From: Paragordius varius
Taxonomy: Eukaryota; Animalia; Nematomorpha
Direction of reading: 5' to 3'
Length of the DNA stretch: 64,000 nucleotides
Assembly: GCA_964247055.1 (NCBI GenBank)
Contig: OZ176059.1
Coordinates: 1,488,001 to 1,552,000 of the forward strand
A model generated the notes under the pieces. The model searched no databases. It was not told the DNA's origin and was given only the letters and a program-made list of their open reading frames with translations. The stretch's first letter is position 1; the number at the start of each line of letters is the position of its first letter. Made by a program: the position numbers and the translations under genes. This document shows positions 25,059 to 38,401 of this stretch, piece after piece.

Positions 25059-26661
25059 AGAAAGAAAGTGTGTGGATAAATAAATCATATTTAAGAAAAA
25101 AAAGTATTTTTTATAGTCGAAATTATTATTCAAATGTCGCGGAGTAAAGGACATAATTTTTGTTGTCCAACAAAATAAAAATTAGAAAATTTTGAATAAG
25201 TTCCATAAAAATAAGCCAATTTTAGATCCGGTCATCATTTACGTTATAGCGTGCAAACTTTTTATTTCGTATATGATGAGTTATGGTGGTTTTTTCTAAT
25301 ATATATTAGATTTTAACACTTATCCAAAAATCTATATATATATATATAGGATGTCCTATTAAAAAAACTATAAGAATTTTGGCCTTAATCCATACAATTA
25401 ACATATGTAGATAAATTTACAGTAAAAATTGATTTTGTACTATGTAAAAAAAGTAAAAAAGAATATTTTTTTTGAAAAGAGACAACCAACCATGCTTTTT
25501 TAATTCTAAAATTTTTATATAAATTACTTAATTACTATCCTAAATTACATAAATGATTGTATTACAAATTTACATATCTATTTCCTATTTGCAATTAAAA
25601 ACAATGAGTTATATTTTTTAAAAAAAACAAGTTTATAAAGGTACAGCGCTCTTTTGATAAAAAATATTTGTCTTTATATTTTTAGTTTTTGTTCGCATAA
25701 TTAAACTTTTACTGTAAATCATATTAAACCGTTGAAATATAGCAAATACAGAGTATTGTATAATATATTAATATATAATAGACTCAAGTTTTATTTGTCC
25801 GCAACAATGACCTTTCACTTTTTTGTCCGCAATGACATATTGGGGTAATTATACACCAAAGCTCAATTTTTTTTATACGGGTTTGAAAGTTATTTCTCAA
25901 TTACAATTTAATTGTCATACATTGTTCTCATGTAAATATTAGATACAATAAAAATTTAAATTATACTATGGACACAACGTAAAAATATAAAGACAAATAT
26001 TTATTTCTAAAAGACAACCCCCTACTTTTTCAAACCTTAATTTTTCCAACATAAACTAATTTATTACATTTTCAAATGATATAATTTAGTGTATTAACAG
26101 TTAACATACCTAATCCCTATTTAATCCAAAACAATAAGTAATCTTTTAATCGATTGAATTTAAATAAATATGGGGTTGTCTTTTAGAAAAAAATATTTGT
26201 CTTTATATTTTTATGTTGTCCGCATATAATTTCAATTTTTGCTGTAAAATAGCTTATTTACAATGTAACTTCTAGAATGAATCTTAAATTGGAACAGTTC
26301 CAAACACACGATAGAAGCGAACAGCTGATTTTGAAATAAAAAAATTCCTAGTGAAATGTAATCTGAAAGCTTAGTAAATTTAATTATTTACACTTTTTAA
26401 TTATAAAAAACCTTTTTACTCAAAATAAAATTAAATTGCATTTTCATATTTATCCGTAATATTCTGATTGTTGTTTGAGTTTTATCGATAGGATATAACG
26501 CGGAAAAGATAAGTTGGGATAGAGAGGTTTTAATAATTTTAATTGCAGGTAAACTAAAACATGTATTACAAAATAATACTCAAAAACAGTGAAAATTTAA
26601 AATTTTAAATGAGAAAACGTAAGACAAAGGTTAAGAAACCTAGGTTTTTATCTATCTATAC

Positions 26662-29093
26662 CAGTGGTACTCACCAAAAAAATTTGACGGGCCAAATAAA
26701 ACATATTTTTTTTTCGAGGGCCATGAACCTTATAATGGCAAATATTCCATAGCTATTTGACAACGCACATATTTATACTCTAAATCAGCACAATAAATTT
26801 TTTGCGGGTCGCATGTAAATCCAGCTAAAAATTCGTTTTGTACCATTTAGTTTTAAAAATTAAAATATATTGTAACAACATTTATTTTAATATTAACCAA
26901 TAATTTTTGACAAATTTGGTTTCGCCTCATGGCAGGCCATTCTTAATACGTCGTCCATATGATCATTAGTTAAGCGATTTCTGTAAGTATTCTTAATATA
27001 CTTCATTTTTGAATATGCCGTCTCACATGTGTAAGTTGATGGAAAAATAGTTAAGACAACTTGAGCACATTTTTTTATATTTTCATATTTATTTGGCACA
27101 ACTTGCCAAAACTCTACATATCTTTCTTCTCTACGGTTTTCCTTAAATATAGCTTCCAAATTGGAATCATTTTTAAAATCAACGAATTCTTCAATGATAA
27201 CCGCCTGATCAAAACCGAAAAGCTCAAGTTGCTTAATTTTGGATATATCCATATGCTGGATTTTCCACTAGCTTTAAGCAATTTTTTATATTTTTTAATT
27301 CTTGAAATCTGAATTTCGTCTCATTAGATAAAAATGTTAAATGATTGTCTATTATTAAATTAATATCAATTCCATATTTTCTTTATGAATCGTTTTGAGT
27401 GTTGGAAAATGTAGGAGTGTTTTATCTGTAAAATCTTGTTTATATATTATTAATTTTTCTTCAAAAGCAAATATATGATTAGCAAATTGGGTTATTATTT
27501 TGCTCCCTTGAAACTTGTATTAAAAATACTAAGTTTATAAGTAATGTCGCAAAGGTAGGCTAATAAAACCCACCATTTGTCACTATTAATTTCCTCGTCA
27601 AACTTTCTGTTATCTTTTATAAATAATAGAATTTCATGTCCTAAATCAAAAAATCTATTCAATACTTTGCTAAGGCTTAGCCATCTCACAGCGGTCAAAA
27701 GAATATCATCAAACTCACTGTGGATATCTTTCAGAAGATTTTTGAATTTACGGTGATTGAATTCTCTGCCACGGATGTAGTTAACTATATCCAAAACCGT
27801 TTTAATTTCTAAATTTAGTGATTCATCTTTTACACGCGAAACCAAGTTTTGCTGATGAATAAAGCAGTGAAAGGATAATAGATTTTGCAAATTATATTTG
27901 TTTTTTAAAAGAGAAATAAACCCTTTGTTTATTCCAATCATAGAGGGACAGCCATCTGTGCAGATCGAAACCAATTTTTTCATAGATATACCATTATTAT
28001 CGAAAAAGGTGCTAATTACTTCAAGAAAATCACTGCCTTTTGTGGTATTATTCATTGGTAAAAATTTCAAATATTCCTCGTTGATTATGTTGTCGTTGCA
28101 AAATCTCACGAAGAGCGCACATTGAGGTGTTGAACTTATATCAGTGCTAGAATCGATTGCAATACTGAAGTATTTGCAATTTTTCAGAGCCAATAATGTA
28201 TTGTTAAAAATATATTTAGACATATCTTCAATGCGTCGAGCACATGTTGAATCAGAAAGTTGAAGTTTTTTAATTTGCCTCATGATTTGATCTTTATTAT
28301 GGTATTTATCAAATAAAAAAGTGCAACCATTTATTAAACATTCTTTTATTAGTTGGGAATCAGTAAACGGTTTCATATTTTTTCCTAAAATATAGCATAT
28401 TTCATACGAAGCTAATGTTACAGCTTTTTCCTGGGAAAAAGCTATGGCCATAATAGATTTTTCTTTCTCGTATAATTCCTTAAAATTTTTATATTTTTCA
28501 TTTCTTTCCTCAAGATTTTCTGGTAATTTATGAGAATGATGGATTTTAAAATGTCTTTCAATATTGAATTTTTTTATAATTATATTGTCCTTGCATATAA
28601 GGCAGGTAGCAACATTGTTTTTTAAAACGACAAAAAAATTAGTTTCCCATTCTTTTTTAAAGGAGCGATTTTCATCGGATAATTTACGTTTTTTGGCATT
28701 AGATGTCATCCTTTGAATTTATGTTTAAATATAAAAAAGATAGGAATATAAATTGAATTATGCTATGAAAAACAGGTCGAAATTTAATGATATTGAGTTG
28801 AAAATATTTTATGAGAATGAGTTTTAAAAATGATGCAGGATAGCAGAGAAATGTATGTGCAATGGGTGAAAACAAAAAAGAAATGCAATAAAAATTTCAA
28901 AAAGAAAAGAAGAAGAAACAACGTGTGCCCATAAATCATAAATTTTAAAATCATTTTAATGTAGAAAATTTTTCTATTCAAATTGGGTAAAAAATAAATA
29001 TTATTTAAAAAAAATTAAATATCAGTCATAGTGCATTTTTAAAGCACACTTAGGGCCACATGCGGCCCGCGGGCCGCGGTTTGAGTATCACTG
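26662..29093 (-). mobile_element. Charlie/SPIN-like (GTF2IRD2-type) hAT transposon with frameshifted transposase
   Basis: TIR CAGTGGTACTCA / TGAGTATCACTG, perfect TSD ATCTATAC and GGGCCGC subterminal motifs. ORFs 28709-27495 (FSIAIDSSTD, CTDGCPSM, FHCFIHQ, RWLS) and 27252-26893 (STYTCETAYSKMK) join through about 3 frameshifts. Confidence 0.93.
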
Positions 29094-29980
29094 ATCTATA
29101 CCATATAAATCAGGGATGGTCAACACACCTTCCCCCCATGTGGCATTCCAAAGTATTTCTGCGATCGTCCACAAGAAATTTAGATTAAAAATTGAAACTA
29201 TATAACGTAAAAATATAAATACAAATATTTTTTTAAAAAAAGGCAACCTCATGCTTTTTAAATCAAGATTTATTTCAACATAAGTCATTGTTTTAAACTG
29301 CAAGTTATATAATAATAGATTGTGTCACCAATAAACATCTCAACATAGTTTAAAACAATAGGTTATATTTTAAAAAAATCAGATGTTGTTTTTTAGAAAA
29401 AAATATTTGTCTTTATATTCATACGTTTTGTCCGTATAATTTCAGTTTTTACTGTAAAATGCAAAATTTTGCTAAATCTAAGTATAATTGATTTTTTTCA
29501 AACAAATATTTTGAATTAATTTTTTTCCCGAAAATCGGCACTGATCCAGCAAAAGTTGTTAAAATAAAGAAGTGTTTTTACAATCTTATATTTAAAATCT
29601 ATTAAAATAGTTAATCCCAAATATTTGCCAATGCGACCGACCGGGATTTTTCAATTCCAAAAGGCGACCCACTCAGCCATTTGTGTTGGTGACACGCCTG
29701 ATATAAAGGATATATAAACAACCCAAAATGAGATAGCTATCTAAATAAAAAAATATACAGTTTAGAGTTTTTTCCTTTTTTATTTATTAAAGGGTAAGGA
29801 CTTATATTTTATCCGGACATGTGAAGGCTTTAACACTCGCCTACCTGCCCAGGGCTGACAGTGATGATGGAAAAATTGCATAATTTCGAGGTTCGAACCC
29901 TGGCACGTAGTGTAAGAGTCCGGCAACTTAAATGTAAAAACCCAAAACTTGACTGAAAATGGTTGATATAGTATATAGTA

Positions 29981-31148
29981 GTGCATATATGTATAAACAT
30001 GGTTTTTGCATTAGATAGTAATTTGTCATCTGCAGAGAGGATGACACTCCATCTAACTTCTACATACAATGTAAGTTTTTACACAAACGTCACAGCTATT
30101 TCGGGTATGAATTTGCGGTGTCCATATCTACCATACTTTTTATTTGGCCGAGAACTAATGTACATCGCATCCTTTCCAACTCTACTCGTTATTATAGCAT
30201 TGAAACTTTTAAGCACACTCTGGGCATTACAGTCAGTAAAGTAACGTGCTAGTCGAAGGCAAAAAAATGGCGATACCAGGTAAAAATTAGATAGTTTGAC
30301 GTAGCATATTTTAATACTTTTTCATATTATACGGTCAAATTATTTAATATGCATTACTTAACTTATTCTATTATTTCATTTTATGCATAACACATAGCTC
30401 AAACAAGCGTCGCAAGTCCGCACATTATCGATCAATTGGATCAAGTAACTTGTAAGCAAATCAAGGATGACACCGCGACTAACAAACTTAGTAAAAACAA
30501 CAATTTTTATAGCATGAAAATTAATGTAAATACAAATTACGAAATGAAAAATTTGATGATTAAATCTTCAATATTTGATACGATTACAAACTTATCATCA
30601 GTTTTTTTGTCGGATCAACCAGGCATTTTAATTAATACCACAAAATTTAACATGAACCTAACTAAATGTCTTAAATGCAGCCAGTCCAAATTTTAACGCT
30701 ATTACAACAACTAATAAGTTTGTACAAAATAATGAAACTAACATTAATAATAATATCAACAATATTTGGCTGAAAGCAGCCAAAAAATGAGTCATTTATT
30801 TTGCCTCTCCATCATAGCCATTTTATGTATCATACCGTATGAAATTGCACGTATTTACATGTTCATATGGACAATCAACAGCTTAACAAAATTATACCTT
30901 ACGTTAAATGATACGATGACTTAAATAGTTACAATGAACCAACTTCTGAACAACATTTACAAAATGTTAACCATGAAATAAGGCTTGAAAAATTTTTTCC
31001 TCTCCCTTTAGTTTTGCTTGATTTGTTAAATTACGTTTTCTACATTTATGCCTACATGTTGATTGACAGAAATTTAAAACGACAAACCTTAGGTAAATGT
31101 TATCCAAATAGACGTACCAAATTGGGCCATGTGCTTAAAATGGCATAA
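29981..31148 (+). pseudogene. Possible decayed class A GPCR (TM5-TM7 region)
   Basis: Helices in successive frames: FLFGRELMYIASFPTLLVIIALKLLSTLWAL; LKAAKK/MSHLFCLSIIAILCIIPYEIARIY; LVLLDLLNYVFYIYAYMLIDRNLK. They are broken by stops and frameshifts, and no DRY or TM1-4 was found. Confidence 0.4.
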
Positions 31149-31791
31149 AAACTTACCCTCTGAAAGCGGATTATAAATTTACATATATAAAATGAAAATC
31201 ATGTAAACGACAGTATAGATCATATGGTTCTTTTAGTTTTGGGTCATCTCAGGATAAATAGTGTGGAACAACTGACCAAAATCGAAAACAAAATTTCTCA
31301 TAATTATTATGCAATCGCGGTTTTTTGTGTGCTTAAACGATGTTTGACAATTTCACGCGGTTGAATTTTGAGGATCGATATAAACAATATAAATTCAAAA
31401 ACACTTTGTATAGTATTGAAATATTATACATTCGCAAAATACATCTGAAATGCTAGTAAAGATGATTAAATTTGACAATACTCGTATAGCTTCAAAAGTA
31501 AAGGTATTAAAATAAAATACCTTATCGGAATTAATTTTATATCTTATTGAAGTTTAGATTGACATTGTTTCATACATACTATGAAAATTATTTTTGTAAA
31601 TTTTATATGTTATGATCATTTTTAAATGACAATGTTAATATATTATGAGTGTTGTTGAAAGCTAAAATAAATTATATCAGATCATAAAAATTATAAGAAT
31701 AAAATTCATTCTTTTAACATTCTACAAATCGACAACATCTAATTCATAATATAAAACAAGATTAATAACCGACAACACGTATTTATAGATA

Positions 31792-33015
31792 TACCATTTC
31801 ACAGTCAAAAAAACGTTTTCTAGTCAATCGAAACGTTTTCCCAATCTATAAAAACGTTTTCCCAATCAATAAAAACGGTATTATTTTTGATAATAAATAT
31901 CAAAACAAGATATAAAAATAACTTTTAACCATTATCAGCGTAATATTAGGATATTATTTTTTATGAGAAGACAATTATTGAATGACAATTTAACCAATTA
32001 TATTCCAACGCACAATCTTTGACTTATTCTTTAAAAGTTATATTTTTAAAATTTGATATATATTTAAGAGAGTATTTTTTATTTTATCGATGGTTCGCAT
32101 TAATATTTGTGGAACGCTTCAAACAGTTTTTTAACATATCAAGTTTGACGATAAAAATACTGTCGGAAAAATATCTCAGCAAAAAATTTTTTTGATAAAA
32201 ATGTTTTTAATTTAAAATATTTAATAAACAGGATATTTGACTAAAACAGGGGTGTTAATCAAATGGCTTCGTGGGCCGCATTTTTAAATCAAACAGCACG
32301 GCGTTCCGCATTCGAAATATATACGGGCATTCAAATAATCTTTCGATTAGGCATAAGACTGTAAAATACGAACACAACATAAAAATATTTTTTATTTCGT
32401 TACCAATTTAATAGACTCATTCAGAATAACTGCGTAAGAAATATGAATTTAGTAAGATTTTGCGGGCATAATTTTGCATATGGGTTCCAAATAAATCGCG
32501 GGCCTCACAAAGATACTCGGAAATCCGCGTTTGGCCCCCGCTGGACCAAATAATAAATGTTATCTAAATTAGGGTAAAATTTATATTTAAGATTAATATA
32601 AAGTGTTAAAGTTTGATATAAAAATTGTATATTTTTACTTATAAGTATTTCCATCCGTAACTATAGATTTTTTGAGTTAGCCGCAAATATTAATGCGAAC
32701 CATCAAAACAAAAAATTTATCTTTAAAATATCTCAAATTCCAAAAATATAACTTTTAAAGAATAAGTCAATGATTGAGCGCTGGAATATAATTGAAAAAA
32801 ATGTCATTCAACAATTGTGTTTTTATAAAAAATAATATCCTAATATTACGCTGATAATAGTTTAAATTTATTTTTATATCTTGTTTAGATGTTTATCATA
32901 AAAAAAACCGTTTTTATTTACTGGGAAAACGTTTCAATTGACTGGAAATGTTTCGACTGATGGGGAAAATGTTTCGATTGACTGGGAAAGCGTTTTTTTC
33001 GACTGGGAAATGGTA
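31792..33015. mobile_element. Foldback MITE, type III (TACCATTTC termini, CCCAGTCAATCGAAACGTTTT-like arrays)
   Basis: ~330-bp inverted arms; starts TACCATTTCACAGTC and ends GACTGGGAAATGGTA. Confidence 0.75.
32247..32543. mobile_element. Small hAT-like MITE nested in the type III foldback
   Basis: CAGGGGTG ... CCCCCGCTG ends, GGGCCGC/GCGGGCC motifs, flanks GACTAAAA / GACCAAAT (6/8). Confidence 0.5.
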
Positions 33016-33362
33016 TATATCGAGAAGAACGTTTTAGTATTAACTGTCAGTTCATCCCGTTTTGCATCTCAAAATTTGTTAGCGATTTTCATGTCTTAAA
33101 ATCATAAAATAGGCATTTCAGTTCAATACTAATTTGCCATGATCTTTATAAAGTTTTCCGTTAATTATTTGGATATAAGCGAAAAATATATTATTCGTTT
33201 GTAAATTCCATTTTATATTGTTTGAATCAATATAGAGACAGTATATTCTGAATTTTTCAGCTACTTTAAATTTCGAAAAAGTAAATAAATCACTAAACCC
33301 AATAGGGTGTAGAAATAAATCGATTATTTATACTATCTATAAACATTTGGCAGAAAAATATA

Positions 33363-33984
33363 TACCATTTGCACTTCAAGAGTGTCCTTGAACACTTCAA
33401 GTTGGCCCTTGAACACTTCAAGTTGGTCCTTAAACATTTCAAGTTGGTCCATCACTTCAAGTTTGTCCTTGAACAATTCAGGTTGGTCTTTAAAATTTTT
33501 AAGTTTTAATTTAACCATAATTTTGCATTTATGTTGTTATTATTTATTTTTTTACCTAATTTTCTTTAATTATTATATATTTATTCATTTAAAAATAAAA
33601 TATTTTATTCAAAAACCACTTTTTGTTTCAATTAATTTTTTTAACTTAAAATTATTAACTTTTAAATTTTTTAATGAAAAATCGTAAATAATAACCCAGA
33701 AAACTTATACATTTTTTTAATACGTGTTAAAATCTATAAATATCCAAAATAATTTTAAGAATTAATAAAGATATACGGTATAATGATTAAAAGTTGATGA
33801 TAATTTTAAATTTATGTTAAATAGAAAATAGGTTTAAAATGATAAAATAGATGAGTACACGATTTAATTGATAAAAGTTAAAAACAAAACAAAAATGTTT
33901 AAAGACCAACTAAAAGTGCAAAGACCAACTTGAAATGTTTAAACACCAACTTGAAGTATTCAAGAATACTCTTGAAGTGCAAAT
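33363..33984. mobile_element. Foldback MITE, type I
   Basis: TACCATTTGCACTTCAAG ... CTTGAAGTGCAAAT; counterpart at 55548-56109. Confidence 0.8.
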
Positions 33985-34805
33985 TAAAATTTTTATCTAT
34001 ATATTTCGCCCATGCCTGAGTGTGCTGATGAGTCATATCTAGAAATTGAACTTTTATTTTCCAATTCATTTTGAGTTAATTTCTTCATTATGGGGAAATT
34101 AATGGAAGTTAGGGCTGAAACATTAGCGGTTTTAGGTGTCCATTTATGTATACATGTTGTATCAGCAGGACAAATATTAAAAAATGGAATATTTGATGTC
34201 CATATAATTTTTATTTTAAGGTGACAATATTTTGGGTGAAATTTTCACATAATATTTATAAATTATTTTAACATAATTGTTAGGGTTACATTAGTATAAA
34301 ATTTAAAATAATCTTGGAAAAAGCTTTTGGTTTGCTTTTTTAATAAAAATTTTATCATAAAAATTATATTACCTAAGGGATATTAAAATGCATAGTTATA
34401 ACTGTGAATTTATTACATAATCGTTAAAGATTAATAATACCATAAACTTTGTTTTTAGTCTTTGAATGTTTCTTTTACTATAAACCTTTTCTAACCGTTG
34501 CGCTCTCAATAATCAAAAGTAAGCATCCACCTAATCAAATAATTTTAATAATGCTGATAATATCACTTAAATGTCGGGTTCGGAAGTTGATTTAGCTCTT
34601 ATCTCTGACACGCGGCACACTAACTACTGACTTTACTAAACACTCACTCTAAAATTTAGGCCAAAAACATATCGAGTTTGCCATTGATTTTCTTGTTTTG
34701 ACGTTATTGAAGAGTCAACTGTATGAATAGGTATCAATCACTTTACAAAACTACTTGTATTATATAATTCGATCTTTCAAACTCGATAACCCGTATTAGT
34801 ATGTA

Positions 34806-35097
34806 TACCATTTACAGTTCAAATTCACCCTTAAACAATTCAAATTCCCCCTTGAACCATCCGAACAATTCAAATTCAGCTTAAAATAAATTATGTGTTT
34901 TTTAAACATTAAAAATTACCTATATTTTTTTATATTTTTAAAAATGAAACATTGTTTAAAATTAATATAATACTGAAAAACTAATGTCGTAAAAATATAT
35001 TTCATATTAATGATGAGTTATATTAGCCCATAAACATATAAATTATTTTTAGGGTGAATTTGAATTGTTCAAGGGTGAATTTGAATTGTAAATGGTA
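34806..35097. mobile_element. Foldback MITE, type II
   Basis: TACCATTTACAGTTCAAATTCACCC ... GGGTGAATTTGAATTGTAAATGGTA. Confidence 0.8.
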
Positions 35098-35378
35098 TAT
35101 TATTTCTTCCCAAATAAGTTTTATATGCTGTTGATTATTGATAACGCATTGAAATGCTTTTGGCACAGACTAGAGAAAGTGATGTAATGTAAATCAGCAG
35201 TAGTCAATGTATTATGTGTCAATTTAAGTTTTAGACTGATATGGTAACAGAGTAATTACTTGAGGGAACATTTCATTCAAGCTCAAAGAAACGTATGCTA
35301 AACTTAGGTTTTGTAAACCTTAATTCGTAACAGGCGATCGCGTATTTTAAAAACAATCATTTAGCGATTTGGGAACTA

Positions 35379-35601
35379 TACCATTTGCACTTCAAGTTGG
35401 TCCTTGAACATTTCAAGTTGTGAGCAGTTCAAGTTGGTCCTTGAACACTTAAAATTTTTATTGATTTAACCATAATTTTTGGGTGTATTTTTTATTTTTT
35501 AACCTAATTTTCTTTATGTATTATGTATTTATTCATTTAAAAATAAAAATTTCCATTCAAAAACCACTTTTTTTGATTCAAATTAATTTTTTTCCAATTT
35601 T
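35379..35601. mobile_element. Left half of a type I foldback MITE, cut at the duplication junction
   Basis: Matches the first ~250 bp of the complete copy at 58327-58959, then switches abruptly to HS6ST exon 2 sequence. Confidence 0.8.
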
Positions 35602-36651
35602 AACACCACAGTATGACCAACCATGGGTAGCACGGGTTTGTAACCTTAAATATTTTGTTTTAAGAGCATGAAATTATTTTTTAGAAAACGGTAAAAAAAG
35701 ACTAATTAAGTTTTACAGAGATTTTTGGTATTAGTTAGCCCCGTTTTTAATTTCTAATTTTACCATTAAATTTAAAGTTTAAAATGACTGTATCTGGTCT
35801 CAATCAAAATTGCATTTTATATTAGTTTTTAGTTAGTATTAATTTGATCTATGGTTTGATAAAAAATTTTAAGTTTCAAATGCCTAAAAAATGAATTAAT
35901 TAATTTTAAGAAAGTATTAAGCATTGAAAAGCTTCTTAAAAAAATATTTTTTCCCACATTTGCTAATAAAGTATCTTTTAATTCATGGACGAGTTGGTTA
36001 ATACCCAAAGTATGATTTTTTTCAGTTTAATATAGCATAAAATATACTATCCTTGATGTTTAGTTCGAGTGTATGATAAAATCTATTTTTCTCTATAAAT
36101 CCAACAAACTATTTAAACAAATTTTCTGGGCTTCTATTAATTTATCCGATCTTGGTTGATGGCTCCGACGTAGATATTTTTATATAAATTAAAAAGATAA
36201 TATATGGATTATAAATAAGACTTAAATCATTTTTAGCGGTAAAATTTATTCATTTTATGTTTATTTATTTTGGGTCTTTAGAAGACTTGAATCAAACTAA
36301 GCTCAGAACCGTATTTAATAGTTTCATAATCAAAACCTTTAAATTATTAATATTTGATAGTTCTGATTTTAAACTCGGTAAATTTAGGTTTGAGTAATGA
36401 TATGTGCAGTTTTTTATAAAATATCAAAAATTTGAACTAGGATAGTTAAACTTTTAATGAGCCCGCGTAACCGGATAAAACCAGGTCCTGTTATGAAACA
36501 ACTTTAGAATCCTATAACCGGTTTAAAAGTAAGGAAATTTAAAAATTGATTTTTAAACCACATTCCGGGCGCTTTTTATCAATTATACATTATTACCCAT
36601 CTCTTTATGAATAATAACACTTCACATTTCGCTTACATTTTAAAAATATAA

Positions 36652-36697
<46 letters not shown>

Positions 36698-37495
36698 TAT
36701 TTTATACCAGCTATCATTAAGGCTTTGGAGTTGTAAATATTTCCTGTAACTTTTAGCACTCTCACCATTTTTGGTCATCCATGGGTAAAGTAACGTTTTA
36801 TTTATTATGCCAACAACTGGATTAGCTACCGTTATATCTTCATCATCTTCAATGGTTTGTTGGCGGCTTTGAGAAAATAGGGTATTAGTAATAATTTCTT
36901 CACCTTGTTGTTTAAGGGACGACGATCTTGGACATTGACAAATTTCTTGAGTGTTTTTACGGATAGTTCCTCGACCTTTTTTGCTTAACACTTCATTGGC
37001 ATTATTTGTCGCCTTAAATTTGGCCTGACATGCGCAGGGCGGTAATGAGGTGATAGATTGTGTTAGAAATCGATTAAATCGACTCCCTCCCGTTTTTTGA
37101 ATGTGGACAAAGGCTATGACATCCTTGGTGACATCAAACTTAACCGGGATATATGGATCAATCAGGATTTTTGTTTGATCACTTTTACTTATATTGTTAT
37201 CAGATTTCGGCATATCTACTTTTTCATCATTTATACTAATATTGTCCTGAGATGCCATAATGAAAGGCAAAGTAGAGTTTATTAGGATAGTTGATGATAA
37301 GGGTTTTGCATTTTTAATCTTTGCTACAGATTTTGGATTATTGTTGTTAACTTTGAGACTAGCGTTTGGTAATTGTTTACGTAAAGTTGACTGTGATTGA
37401 ACAGTATTGATGATTGGAAACAATTGATTAGATAATACAATTATGGTGATTAATAGTTGATATAATAAATATCTTAATTTTGAATTGCTATTCAT
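35578..37495 (-). pseudogene. HS6ST: Truncated HS6ST duplicate (intact exon 1 plus 43 nt of exon 2; 284 aa if spliced)
   Basis: Exon 1 37495-36708 is open with its donor kept; the exon 2 acceptor at 35645 is kept. Translation continues LQTRATHGWSYCGV into MITE sequence KIGKKLI* (stop at 35578). It lacks the 3'-PAPS-binding and C-terminal exons. Confidence 0.8.
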
Positions 37496-38401
37496 TGCAC
37501 ACGGTTGTTGGTTTTATGCAAAAATAATAGGATAATAATTTGTAAAAACGTTAAAAAACTATGCCAAATAGGTTTGAACGGATGATCTGACAATTTTTTT
37601 TATTCTTCAAATATATATAAAGCTTTGAATATAAAGGTAATAATAAGCCGACGATAATTTATGATATTATCTATAAAATCCGAAAAATGGGTCAGTCGGT
37701 TCGTTATTTTAGTATTGGCGTGAGTATGAGAAAGAGATATTAGTATACGTTGTTTTGTTGACATAAAAGCTTATATTTCTTGTTTAAGCTTTTGAGCAAA
37801 TAACCTATTCATTATTTGTTAAACAAGAGGCGGGCCTTTATTTTTACATAGGAAATGTAAAAAAAAATTAACGTAATGTATATATCCTGTTTAACCGGTT
37901 ATATATTTGATTTATTCAACATTGAAAAACTATTTCAATGATAATATCCAATCAATAAATACTATACATATGTATATATAGGTGTTGTTTGTATGTGCTA
38001 ACAGATTAAGGGTAAGGAAAAGGCTATTTAGCTACACTAAATCAATATTATATTTAGTATGGACGGACAAGTGTCATAAAAAATATTTATTTTTTATTAC
38101 CCGAATGAATGTTGAATTTAATTTAAACATGGCTGCAAAAAAATAAAAAAAAATTTGAATAAAATGAAAGAAACATATTGTTAATTTGTAAAAAAACTGT
38201 TTGTTTGACATACAAAGCTAAATATTTTACGCTTAAAGTATATGCTAGCTAGCCGCTGTAATACAATGGATAATTGACCTCCAAAAAATGTTTATTATAC
38301 CCCTTTACCAATTTTATTGGGCAAGGTAAAGGGAGGGTAAATACATATTGTCAAAATATTTGGGCTTCACTGATATGTATATTGTATATTAATATAACAA
38401 A

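Larger units (their letters stand above)
18096..29456. mobile_element. Cluster of ~250-bp TA|CAGT-ended (Tc1/pogo-like) MITEs, unit A
   Basis: Recurring arm TACAGTAAAAATTGAAATTATACGGACAAAACGTAAAAATATAAAGACAAATATTTTTT...AGACAACC and its reverse complement, e.g. 18096-18353, ~19680, ~21060, ~21580-21857, ~23480-23760, ~25350-25715, ~25950-26247, ~29190-29456. Confidence 0.8.
7064..35601. repeat. Segmental duplication unit A
   Basis: Colinear with 35602-~58580 (e.g. 7064=35602, 10386=36708, 14700=42557, 19500=46064, 24971=51561, 33005=52347/55193, 35380=58328). Confidence 0.9.

Noticed and set aside
29889-29900. B-box-like GGTTCGAACCC suggesting a tRNA or SINE
   Set aside because: No convincing A-box, cloverleaf or second copy.
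33030-35370. Minus-strand fragments faintly like GPCR TM2/TM4, and ORF 56124-56330
   Set aside because: Multiple stops, frame differs between A and B, and no diagnostic motif.
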